A DNA stretch of 64,000 nt from assembly GCF_006345805.1 (NCBI RefSeq), contig NC_043001.1, positions 42,656,001-42,720,000 on the forward strand. The letters run 5' to 3'. Both the position numbers and the translations under genes were made by a program. Positions 37,521 to 49,139 of the stretch are shown here, in pieces. The notes under the pieces are model-generated. The model was given only the letters and a program-made list of their open reading frames with translations. It ran no database searches and was not told the origin of the DNA. Each line of letters starts with the position of its first letter. Within the stretch, counting starts at the first letter, position 1. The stretch is from Octopus sinensis. Its lineage: Eukaryota.

Positions 37521-38479
37521 TTGATGGGCTGTCATAAACAAGCAAATAAATAAGCAAAGCAAGTATTGTCCCAATGACAATGGGCATAAAACTGAAAATC
37601 TATTTTGGGCCCTGGATTTGGGAACTACTCATCAATGGTCCACAGAATACTATTTCTTACCACATTGATGTTAAGTGGCAACTAACTTTCAGAATCAAAC
37701 AATTTTTTTTTCCGGTTCCAACAATATCAAGTTGGTTGTGCTTTAATTTGGTTACTATTTCGTTTTTAGGATCGTTTGATCCGTCAGTCCTTATGTTCAC
37801 CTTTATAGCGATTGTTATATTTGAATTATTCGTATGAACGACTGAGGAACTGCTGTGAAATTTTACAGTTAAGTGCAAACCTAAGAACCGCATATGGATA
37901 TTGAACAAGGTACATAACTCTGTTTATCTCACTTTGCTTTGCTTACTAATTTTACTGTTTAACGGTCGAGGTTTTTGAAATAAGATGCACATGAAATTCG
38001 AAAATCCATTTGCTACAATAAGAAATGCGTTTATGTAATCATATATATGTGTATGTGGAAGAAGAGGTAGGAAGAGTGAGTGTTTGGAGATGTAACAGGT
38101 GTGTGTATATGCACCCGTACATATGTATACCTGTATTTTAGATTCTGAAGTTAACTCTTGTCTTTAAACAAATTTCTCAAAGTTCTTTATATTTTACGTA
38201 GAAAATTAGTTTTTTTCTATGCTTCCAATGTATTAAATTTCTAATGAAAAATAAATTTTAATTCTTTTTCAATGATGTATATTATTTCATATCCGCTTCA
38301 GAGTGGATGCTCAAATTTATTATTTACTTCAAATATATGTTTTATAAAAGCTGAATATGTTCTATTAAAATCATGTGTCTTCAAGCTTTACATTTAAAAA
38401 AAAAATTCAGTCATATCATTTCATATTTCCTTTAAAGAACTTAATTACGTTCAATTATCTCGTCGTTAATTTGTTTTAG

Positions 38480-38745
38480 TCATTAAACTGCGGCTATGCC
38501 GGGGCACTGCCATGAAGAAATTTTAGTAGAATTTATCGACCCCAGTATTTTCTTCTTTTTTTTTCTTAGCCTAACGAGGTGTAAGTATACTGGTTGTCAG
38601 GCGGGGATGGGGTACAGACATAAACATACACCTTACAGATTCTGTGTACCACATCCACTCACAAGGCTTTGGTCGGTTCGGTCCAAGATGCAATGCAGTG
38701 GAACTGAACAAGTTTCTTGTAACACAGCGACGCTAGCGCCTGTGT
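38480..38745 (-). mobile_element. Decayed microsatellite-containing SINE
   Basis: TTTAGTCATT..CTGCGGCTATGC...ATCGACCCCAGT...CCACTCACAAGGCTTTGGTCGG...GTGGAACTGAAC. Confidence 0.7.
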
Positions 38746-39775
38746 TCAGTTATTCAGTTCTTTTAAAATTTTCCGTTGCTTTTTTTAAAAATAAATTTAA
38801 CATCTAATAGATTACGACTACCAAGTGAAGTATTTTTCTCTGACAATATATTTCGACTTCCGCGAATCTAAAGAGCTTGTTTGCAAAGCCTGAGTTAAAA
38901 TCAGTTTTTTTTCATGTTCATAAACAGGACTCATACACACATACATATATACACTGCTTAAACTATAATATCCGTTTTGGATTATCCTGTCGGAAAATTA
39001 TTTTTGTAAGTAACTCCTGTAAACTAACACCGAAGTTGCCATGTCAGGTGAAACGTCAACTGCTAAGAATAATACCTGTTTATATATTGGGATATGTTCC
39101 CGTTTTTCGACTTTCCAACTGAATCAAATAGATCTGGACTTTACTGGCAAATATGAAATTATTAGTTTATTTTTAAGACGAACAATTGTAAATTATCCCA
39201 CTTCCCTACTTCGCTATTCATGTACATGCTTAAAAATGATCAGATCTTGATTGAAAAACAGTAAATAGGTTATTGAATAGCAATGCGGGTATACTGGAGA
39301 GGAGTGGTTATAGGGTCACACATTGTGTATGTCACGTCAACAGGGTGGGCTTCGGGCAGATTAAAACTTTTTTCAATCGCACTTTTAAACTTTTGCAAAC
39401 AGTGGACTCAGTCAAATAGTTTTGTATGAGGAAAAAAACCCCCTGTTTTCTTAAGGCAAATGTGTTGTGGAAAAACTAGTTTGTTTTTATTCGTGTATAT
39501 AGGACCTCAAGAAACATTCCCTTTCGAAAATTTTAAGCAGGAAATCATGTGTAATTTATTTTTCCGAAATTGATTACATCATTTCAAAAATATTATTTTT
39601 CTTAACATTTTTATGTACAAAGAATTTTCTAATTCTCTGCGTGAAGTTACTTATAGCAATTTCCGAGTTTTACTGCTATCCGCCTACAGAACTTAAAGAA
39701 GTCTTGCTTTATTTCTTGTCAAACGATTCTACTCAAATGACGCTGAATTAAGGTATGTTTTGTATACACGTACTC

Positions 39776-39814
<39 letters not shown>

Positions 39815-42203
39815 CAACAGTCAGCTTATTTTTGTTTTGTTTTGTTTGAATGCATTTTATTTTTCATCGTAACTAAACATTATTGATAGCAACCACTAAA
39901 AAGTTTTTTTTTTGTTGAAACACTGAAAAAAGTACATATACATAGACTTGCATGTGCGCGAATGTTTGCTTCAGGTATATAAAAAAAAATTCCGATGAGA
40001 AAACAAACCTGATATATGTGATAAAAGCAAATAGTATATATCTATTGTATCCACTTTTGTATAGCTCATTTCTCTTTTCAATCTTGAGAAAATCGAAACT
40101 CTTTGGACACGTTGTCACAAAATATAGAAATATATGCACATGAAGATTGAATCGCGTCATGGACTTCACTTAGGCTTGAAACGTTTTCCGCTTATTCCAT
40201 GGCTGGATAGTGGTCAGATAAATCCATAAAAATTCTTTTGTTACAATAACTAAATAAACCATTATTAATTCAGTTAATTATTTTTTGTTGGGTGTTATTG
40301 AATTAATTTCCGTGAGTCTGTGTGTTGAATGTAAATGTTTAAGTACTAATTACTGTTAGTAGTTAACTAATAGACTTCCGTAAAACCACAAACCTCCCGA
40401 TCTATTCTGTCCCCACCCCAACATTTTTTCAAATCTCACAAAACTTATAATTAAATCATTATTAATATTTTGAAGTAATTTTCAAACCTTGAGTGACATT
40501 TGTTAGAGAATTTCATAAAAATTAATTTATTGTTGATATTGTGCTATTTCTATTACTTTAATGGTTGTATGCATTTCTGATTTTGTAATGTCCGATGTTT
40601 ACACACAAACACACACCGATAACTAATACTTGTACATCAAGCAATTTTTGCTTCAGACAAGTTTTCTTTACGAAGCATGTCAATTCAAGTGTAGTAAGAC
40701 CGTAAGCTAACATTTTCTTTGTTATCGATTATTTTTGTAGTGAGTTCAATATAGATTAGCGACAGTTTTTATGAAAAACTTGTAATGAGTACTTAATAAG
40801 AGGACGTTAGGAAAGCAGGGAGGTATACCTTTCTGCACGACTGTTTTCTAACATTATTTTGAGAAAAGTGTGTTAAGTGAACCAGGAATTTGCTCTTCAA
40901 TGAAACATGACTATGCAGTACTCAGATTACCTATTACATTTCGTAAACCAAGTCCGCGACACCTAAGATCCAGTCAGCAACTGGAGAAAAAAGGGTTTAA
41001 TTGTATATTAACTCCGTGTTTGTATCGTGATATTGATTTACTAGTGACACGAATTTAGCGTATGATATAGAGATGTGCAGATCCTTGAGGTCTGTGAAGT
41101 GAAATTTTATATACTTTAGGTTTCTAATAGAGAGAAATGGGTTTTTCAGATACAGAGAACTTGGCTACAAGTCAGAACTAAGGCGACAACTAAGTTTATG
41201 GATTTTGCAGTAATTGGGAAACATTGCAAACACAAATATGTATTACATTACCTTGACCTTTTTTATGTTGTTTAGTCCTAGGTCAGTTGCAATCGAGCAG
41301 ACCTAAAAGTATTCCATCTATGAATATCCAGTCTTTTATTGATATATCTTGGACTATATTATCTAACACGTACTTTTAAGATAGTAAGGGTGCAATTTGA
41401 AGGAAATTTAACTAATACAAAGTTGACTGTAGAATAAGAAATAAGAGAGAATATTTAGTTACACCTCTTTACGTTCTAGGTTCAAATCTCACCAAAGTCA
41501 ATAAAATATCTACAAATATAGCATTGAAGTCAAGTAACCCCCCCACCCCACCTCACTCCTTCCAAATAGGAAAAGCGTGGCCTTGTGCCAACGCCAGGAA
41601 TTTTTGTCTACGTGGTCATTCATTCTGTTCTAAATAAATACCACTCACATCTTACAAAATAAAAAAAGCCAGGCCCATTGTAAAATGTAAAACTAAATAT
41701 ATATATTCTGCTTGGAAATAAAATAGGGATGGTCAGTGTTGGAACTCATGTGACCATGGGAATGCCTCAATCAGTGCTAACCTTGGGTTAGATAACAGCA
41801 ATTGTGATTATTTGGGTGATTAAATGGTAGAGGTTTTAGAGCTGATATTTACTTATCATTTTACATTATGAGTTCAACAAAATAGGTACCAATCATATTC
41901 TAAAATTATTAATTCTGCCCCTACAATTCGTGACTTTGTGCCCCTATTGGTAATCCTTATTCTGCAAACTGTGAATCAATTAGCTAAGAATCAGATACTG
42001 GCTTGGCCTCTTAGCTCAACTATTAACATATATATTCGTATTGGGTTACTTTTATCCTATGCTTTTTTCAAACTTTGTATACTACTTAGAAAATTAGCAT
42101 ATTGTTACTTAAATATGAAGTACATTATTAAAAAAAATTCCCTCTTTAATATTGTTCGTGCATATGTTTCATATGAACTGAAATGAGATGTTGTCTGGAA
42201 ATA

Positions 42204-42393
42204 TTCTTTTACTTGTTTCAGTCATTTGACTGTGGTCATGCTGGATCACTGCCATTTTTAGTTGAGCAAATCGACCCCAGGACTTATTCTTTGTAAGCCT
42301 AGTACTTGTCCCATCAGTCTCTTTTGCCGAACCGCTTAGTTACAGGGATGTAAACACACCAGCATCGGTTGTCAAGCAATGTTGGGGGGACTA

Positions 42394-42437
<44 letters not shown>

Positions 42438-42600
42438 GACAGGCTTCTTTCAGTTTCCATCTACCAAATCCACTCACAAGGCTTTGGTTGGCCCGAGGCT
42501 ATAGTAGAAGACACTTGCCCAAGGTGTCACACAGTGGGACTGAACCCAGAACCATGTGGTTCATAAGCAAGCTACTTACCACACAGCCACTCCTATGCCT
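42204..42600 (-). mobile_element. Full-length tRNA-derived SINE with internal (TA)n(TG)n microsatellite and RTE-like tail
   Basis: Head with A/B boxes (GGAGTGGCTGTGTGGTAAG; GGTTCAGTCCC), internal microsatellite, tail ...CAGTCAAATGACTGAAACAAGTAAAAGAA. Confidence 0.92.
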
Positions 42601-43394
42601 ATATTGGCTTAGCCTCTTAGCTCAACTATTAACATATATATTCATATTGGGTTACTTCTGTATTATGCTTTTTTCAAACTTTGTCTACTATTTAGAAAAT
42701 TAGCACATTGTTACTTAAACATGAAGCACATTATTTAAAAAATTCCCTCTTTTTTATTGTTTCAGAAAGTTTCTGTATTATCCCTACAATATTTTCTTTT
42801 GGTTCAGTCGACTACCCTGTTACTAATCACTCCCCTACAAAGTAATAGTAGTAGTAGTAGTAGTAGAATAATCTGTGTCAACCAGCTAGTGTACTGCCGG
42901 CAGAATTAAAGTTTCAACATTAAGCCAATCAGAAACCCAGTACCTTAAAATCACTGCCATTCTACCTCTTCTAACATAGCATATTAAAATTCAGCGTACC
43001 CTTATTGAGTACTTATGATACACCATTAGATTTATGTCAGAAGGAAGTATATTTAAAATTTCAAAAGAATCTCTGGCCACAGCACAGGAATTTATTTAAA
43101 CTCATGAACTAGACCACTATAAGTTTCTTTCAGCTTTATTTTTTACCTGTTTGTATTCAGGAAGTTCATAAAAAGAATATTCTATTTGAGATAAATACGG
43201 TCATGAGAAACTGTTACTTGGCAAATGCGAGCAAATCAAGGGTGTTATATTGGAAAAAGTGAATCTATAGTTCTTTAATCACTCATTTCCCACATAAATT
43301 CTGATAGCATCTTTTTACATTGTCAGATCCTTGCTTCTGTAAGCAACAACTGTTTCTAGTAATCGACTAATAATTTGTTCTTGTGCACACTAAC

Positions 43395-44885
43395 ATCATC
43401 ATCATCGTTTAACGTCCGTTCTCCATGCTGGCATGTGTTGGACGGTTCGACCGGGGATCTGGGAAGCCAGAAGGCTGCACCAGGCTCCGGTCTTATCTGG
43501 CAATGTTTCTACAGCTGGATGCCCTTCCTAACGCCAACCACTCCGTGAGTGTAGTGGGTGCTTTTTACGTGCCACCTGCACTGGAGCCAGGCGAGGCTGG
43601 CATCGGCCACGGTCGGATTGGTGCATTTTACGTGCCACCTGCACGGAAGCCAGTCGAGGCGGCACTGGCTTCGGTCACGATTCGGATGGTGCTTTTTACG
43701 TGCCACCGACACGGAAGCCAGTCGAGGCGTCGCTGGCATCGGCCACGATTCGGATAGTGCTTTTTACGTATCTCCAGTCCAGGGATCTTGGCATCTGCCA
43801 GGTGCCAGTCATAGGATTGGTTCAATTTCGATTTCGATTTCACTTGCCCCAACAGGTCTTCGCAAGCAAAGGTGGGTAGGCATAGGTGCCTGTCGTCGGA
43901 TGAGGTTCGATATCGACTTCGCTTGCCTCAACAGGTCTTTGTGTGTCCAAGGGAGGAAAGGCATGCATAAGTGGGCTGAACTCACTTGTCCTGCCTGGTC
44001 TTCTCACGCACAGCATATTTCCAAAGGTCTCGGTCGCAGGTCATTTCCTCAGTGAGACCTAAAGTTCGAAGGTCGTGCTTCACCACCTCAGCCCAAGTTT
44101 TCCTGGGTCTACCTCTTCCACGGGTTCCCTCCACTGCTAGGGATTGGCACTTTTTCACACACCTATCTTCATCCATTCTCGCCACATGACCATACCAGCG
44201 CAATCATCTCTCTTGCACACCACAACTGATGCTCCTTAAGTCCAACATTTCTCACAGGGTACTAACGCTCTGTCGAGCATGCACACTGACATTACACATC
44301 CATCAGAGCATACTGGCTTCATTTCTCGCGAGCTTACGCATGTCCTCAGCAGTCACGGCCCATGTTTCACTGCCATGTAGCATGGCTGTTCGTACACATG
44401 CATCATACAGTCTGCCTTTTACTCTGAGCGAGAGGCCTTTAGTCACCAGCAGAGGTAAGAGCTCCCTAAACTTTGCCCAGGCTATTCTTACTCTAGCCGT
44501 TACACTTTCACCACACCCACCCCCACTACTGACTTGGTCACCAAGATAACGGAAGCTATCAACTACTTCTAGTTTTTTCCCCTGGAAAGTGACGGAAGTT
44601 GTTTTCTGCAGATTTTCAGAGGTTAATGCTCCCGAGCATCTGCCACATACAAAAACCATCTTCCTAGTTAGCCTTCCTTTGACATTGCTGCACCTCTTAT
44701 GTGTCCATAGCTTACACTGGGTACATCTTATAGAGTTTCTACCTACACCTTTTCTACAGATCGAGCAGGGCCATCTTCCTGAAGACATTTGTGGATTTTC
44801 TACCTTCCTACTTATTAGTACTTTGGTTTTAGCTAGGTTGACTCTAAGGCCCCTCGATTCTAGACCCTCCTTCCACACCTGGAAC
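43395..44885 (-). mobile_element. Well-preserved 5'-truncated RTE LINE (RT C-terminus with PHD finger, full 3' UTR, (GAT)n tail)
   Basis: GLRVNLAKTKV, VDSFRYLGDQV, RLYDACVRTAMLHGSETW, RWYGHVARM, GRGRPRKTW; a single frame broken only by two TGA codons. Confidence 0.97.
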
Positions 44886-45199
44886 TTCTCACAAAAAAAT
44901 AAAAGATTGAAATGCTGCTTGAAATAAGAATACCTTAAGAGGTTAGTCAGTTTAAAGCAAGATGTAATTCACTAAAGGTTTTACTGACTTTTACAGGCAA
45001 AACGCTCAGAAGCAGTTTATAAAGCATCTATAGCTGCAGAATCCACTGTTTTATAATAGCCTGAAATTCTCCACCACACCACATATACAACATTATTAGA
45101 ACAATATCAATGACCAAATGGGTAAATCATTAGAGCAATATCTCACAATATTTTTCTATGAGTGTGACTATATCTTTCAATTGGTTTTCTAATGTGAGT

Positions 45200-45735
45200 A
45201 GGACTGCAAAGTCTCTGGAAGGTTCTGTCAGGGTTTATCAGGTTACAATGTCAGGGCTCTATCGTGAGTCACAATAGACAAGCCAGGGCAGTTTTCAGGA
45301 ATTTCCATACATTTGGTTGGAACACTTTTCATTATGCTAAAGCATATCTAGAAAATCTCTTGATGGGGCTAAGAATCTAATTACTACAGTATCTTCTCAA
45401 CAAATTAGAGAATAAATGTGAGCATAATGAACTTTCTTGGGACTAAAGAATTGTCCATTTTACATATGTACATCCTCACCAGAATATTTCTATATAAGGG
45501 AAGCCAAATTGGCATGTGCATTTCTGTGACCATTTTTTAAGGAAAAACTTCAGTTTGGAAGATCTGAAGGAAGTTCCTGTATCTGAGAGGCCATACCTAG
45601 ATGAACCAAAGACAGTAACTAACATGGTCAAGCAAATATGGACAGTTGAAGAAATTTTGTGACATGAGTAACTGTTGTGTTTCACTTCTATAGAAAATAT
45701 GTTGAATGTTCATAACTGCAAGTTGCACAGCTCAC
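45200..45735 (-). mobile_element. Degenerate Gypsy integrase core and C-terminus (resembles the 30842-33393 family)
   Basis: YSCHKISSTVHICLTMLVTVFGSSRYGLSDTGTSFRSSKLKFFL; downstream HIYSLIC and LPWL-like remnants. Confidence 0.55.
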
Positions 45736-45739
45736 TTCC

Positions 45740-46866
45740 AAGGGCCATGCTGTACGGTTCCTAGCATCCTCCCTGTGCATAGCAGTATCACCCCTTTTAT
45801 GACTGCCAGCTTGTTCATTTCTCAACCCATGATCTCCACATGATTGCACGAGAGTTCTATATATATCAGGATACTAAATCAGCAACCCAATGCAATTATC
45901 ACATTCCTTCTCAAAGTGTTTTGGCTTTTTACGTCCTGCTGCAATTCTTGCACTTTGCCTTAGTTGAGGACTTGATGAAATTTTCGTGTTCAATCTTTGA
46001 CAGCTAGCATCGTCAATAATGGGCTGCTCCACTTCTTCTACATCTCTGGTGTTGGTGTCATTCCTCGCCTGGGAACTTGATATGATTGCACTGTCACCTT
46101 TAGGCATCCTTGCAGACTCAACATGATCCGGTTCTGGTTCCTGTGTGTTTAGTGGGACCAGTTGCTCAACTGCCACTAATTGCAGTGGACAATCCTCCTT
46201 AATCCATGCAGTATTCTTTCTGTCATGTATCACATATTTTGCCTTTGATGCAACCTTGTCGAACATGGTTTTGTGTATTACATCATCACCTATTTCAAAG
46301 AATGGGTTTACAGCAAACCTCATTAACTTTTCAGCTGGTGATAATTTACAACCACCTGAGGCACTGATGGTTGAACAGAATTTTATTCAAGTAGATTCCA
46401 AAATTCCCTGTCTTTGGATCAGAATGCTTCAGTGCAGCTTTCACAGTTTGTATGGCCCTTTCAGTAGTGCCATTAGATGCTGGACTGTAAGCAGGTGTCT
46501 CAGTTTTCCTGCAACCTATTGATGACAACATATTTTTTAACGCAACAAATTCAGGTCCATTGTCTGATACTAAGGCTATGGGTACACCAAAACAAGCAAA
46601 GACATCAAACAACTTGCTTTTTACCACCTCAGTTGAGCGATTAGAACACAAAATACCTTGATCCATGTTGAATAGGCACCTACAATCACAGGTATGTTAC
46701 TGATGTTTGGAACATATGCCCAATCCATATGCACTTGTTCCCAGAGCCCAGAAATAGGCCGTGTATCATTTGCTTTTACTAAATTTGGCCTAACTCTCTG
46801 ACAACTATCACAAGATTTGACAAACTTCTCCACCGAGTAAGCCAACCCAGGCCACCAAACACAGCC
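45740..46866 (-). mobile_element. Second Gypsy family (K02A2.6-like): integrase, polypurine tract and start of 3' LTR
   Basis: VWWPGL...VKSCDSCQ; WEQVHMDWA; GVPIALVSDNGPEF; PAYSPASNGTTERAIQTVK; PPT GAGAAGGAA immediately followed by TG at 45903. The LTR distal end was not defined. Confidence 0.88.
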
Positions 46867-46867
46867 C

Positions 46868-47458
46868 AGCCCAAAAGTGACAGTCTGGTGTGCTGTTGGA
46901 AAAGCTGCCAACATTGGTCCTTACTTTTTTGAAGACAATAATGGAAATGCTGTTAATGTGAACTCCAAGCATTAAATCGAGATGATAAACAACTTCTTTG
47001 TGCCTGAATTACAACAAAAACATATTCCTATTTGATGTGTGTGGTTTCAGCAGGATGGAACAATGGCCTACACAGCCAGAACATCAAAGGGTATTCTTCG
47101 CCCTATCTTCGGTGACTGCCTCATTTCCAGGTTTGCTGACATTCCTTGGCACCCCCAGTCCCCTGATTTGTCCATGTGTGATTATTTCTTGTGGGGAAAC
47201 TTCAAGGCACATGTGTATGCACATAAGCCATGTATGTTGGATGATTTGAAGGAAGCTATTTGCATAGAAGTTACCCAAATTGACAGAGCAATGCTGGAGA
47301 GAGTGGAGGCCAACTTCCAAGAACACCTTCAGAAATGCATCAATGAAAAAGGACATCACATGATTTTGACAAATGCTAATTCAATAAAATTTGTTTGCAG
47401 CTAGAATTAATGATTTTGTGAATTTTTTAATCTCCTCTGTCCTCTCTGCCCCACCCTG
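46868..47458 (+). mobile_element. 5'-truncated Tc1/mariner-superfamily transposon (Tc3-like transposase C-half)
   Basis: KVTVWCAV...IGPYFFED; WFQQDG; WHPQSPDLSMCDYFLWG; ends CACCCTG followed by TA. Confidence 0.88.
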
Positions 47459-47758
47459 TATAAACATGTAATCGTGATCATCAGAGTGAGTCACGTGGCT
47501 CAATAATGTCTTCTTTGAGCATTCTACTTACAGCCAATCAAATAAATTCAGTATCAGATGATTGAAACTTACAGAATTTCATAATTACAAGTTTAATATC
47601 GGATTAGAATAAAGAAATCAGGGGTGCGGTGAGAGGTAATGAAATCAGAGAGCAAATTTCCAACAAATGAGTACCCAAAAAGAAAAAGGAATAACACTTG
47701 AGTAACAATCAGGTAGTATGAGAAAATATATAAGTAGTCTTTTACTGTTAATATTTAT

Positions 47759-47989
47759 TGAGCTGGCAGAAACGTTAACATGCCGGGCGAAATGCTTAGC
47801 GGTATTTTGTCTGCCATTACATTCTGAGTTCAAATTCTGCCGAGGTTGACTTTGCTTTTCATCCTTTCAGGGTCGATAAATTAAGTACCAGTTACGCACT
47901 TTGGGTCGATGTAATCGACTTAATCCCTTTGTCTGTCCTTGTTTGTCCCCTCTATGTTTAGCCCCTTGTGGGCAATAAAGAAAAAAAAA
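47759..47989 (+). mobile_element. tRNA-derived SINE with a central domain resembling the MetaSINE-type core
   Basis: GAGCTGGCAGAAACGTTA...TTCTGAGTTCAAATT...GAGGTTGACTTTGCTTTTCATCCTTTCAGGGTCGATAAATTAAGTACCAG...A tail. Confidence 0.9.
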
Positions 47990-48269
47990 TATTTATTGGT
48001 TTGTGCAGTCAATTTAACTGATGCCATCAATATAAAACCTTTATAGTTTTTAAGCGGTTACTGATTCAGAGATATAATTTTTGAAACTACCTATGTTAAC
48101 ATACCTTTTAGAGAAGTTCTGTGAATGACTAACTCAGTGATAATGTTTTGAATGCAGAAGACATTTAGGCAAGTGTTGCAAAGAGAATAGTAGCACTGGC
48201 TGTTTTTTTTGTGATCTACAGATATATAGAAAGTTTCTTTTTTCTCTTACATACAAAACAAATATCACA

Positions 48270-48414
48270 GGCAGGATATTGGATCTTCCTAACTACATAG
48301 TTTCAGATTCAGTCCCACTGCATGGTACCTTGGACAAGTGTCTTCTTGGTAGATCAAAGCCTTGTGAATGACTCTGGTAGAGAGAAACTGAAAGAAGCCT
48401 GTTGTGTGTGTGTA
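48270..48414 (+). mobile_element. SINE head ending at its microsatellite, where a mariner begins
   Basis: TTCAGTCCCACTGCATGGTACCTTGGACAAGTGTC...GAAACTGAAAGAAGCCTG(TG)nTA. Confidence 0.75.
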
Positions 48415-48416
48415 TA

Positions 48417-49125
48417 CGAGGTCTGATCAATAAGTATCCGAACTTTTGCCATAGTAGAAGCTAAAGCACACACAGTGAAGCCACTTGGCAAAGATTGACC
48501 TTGAACTCTGCTGTGCATGTGCACTAAGGTTTAATGTTCTCACTTCCGCTGTTTACAGCAGTGCTTGGAAAGAAGGTGTGTAACACGTGATCATTGCATT
48601 GACCATGATAGAGAAAGTTGTCATGGTGATGCCTGTTCAGAGGCTTACATGAAGTTGCAGAAAGTGTATGGAGAGGAGTGTATGGGCTGCACACTAGTGT
48701 ACAAGTGGTTCAGACGTTTCCAAGATAGCTGAAAAAATGTCGCTATTGACGAATACTTTGGGAGACCTGCAATCAGCAGAACTGAGAAAAACATTGCAGC
48801 TGTGAGGGGGAATCATGGAATCACCATCCGTGAGTTATCAGATGTGCAAATCAGTTATGATTCAGTTCAATCCATTATCACTGAAGATTTGGTTATGATA
48901 TGCATGTCTGCTAAGTTTGTGCCAAACTGCTTTCAGCTGACCAAAAAGGTATCAGTTGCACAAGATCTTGATTGTGTTGAAAACTTTGTGTAGGGCTCTG
49001 AGCAGGTATCACCAAGCTTTTGGCAAAATTTGATGCAGATTTTCTGCTCAACTTTCTCTGTTATGGTCAATACAATAATCACACACTACACACCTTCCTT
49101 CTTAAGCACTACTGTAAACAGAGTA
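48417..49125 (+). mobile_element. Mariner 5' half plus an inverted copy of its own 5' region
   Basis: TA|CGAGGTCTGATCAATAAGTATCCG end; HTH remnants YKWFRRF...GRP...ITIREL...MSAKFVP; 48992-49125 is the reverse complement of the transposase start region. Confidence 0.8.
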
Positions 49126-49139
49126 GATTGTTCACAAGT

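Noticed and set aside
43558-43770. CRISPR-like repeat-spacer array
   Set aside because: Eukaryotic DNA; the 'spacers' are homologous to each other, the array is inside a LINE 3' UTR, and there are no cas genes.
37894-45060. Plus-strand multi-exon gene from candidate exons at 37894, 41282, 42766, 43161 and 44998
   Set aside because: Phases lead to early stops or unrecognisable peptides, and the 42765 acceptor belongs to a local duplication. Kept only as part of the orphan-promoter finding.
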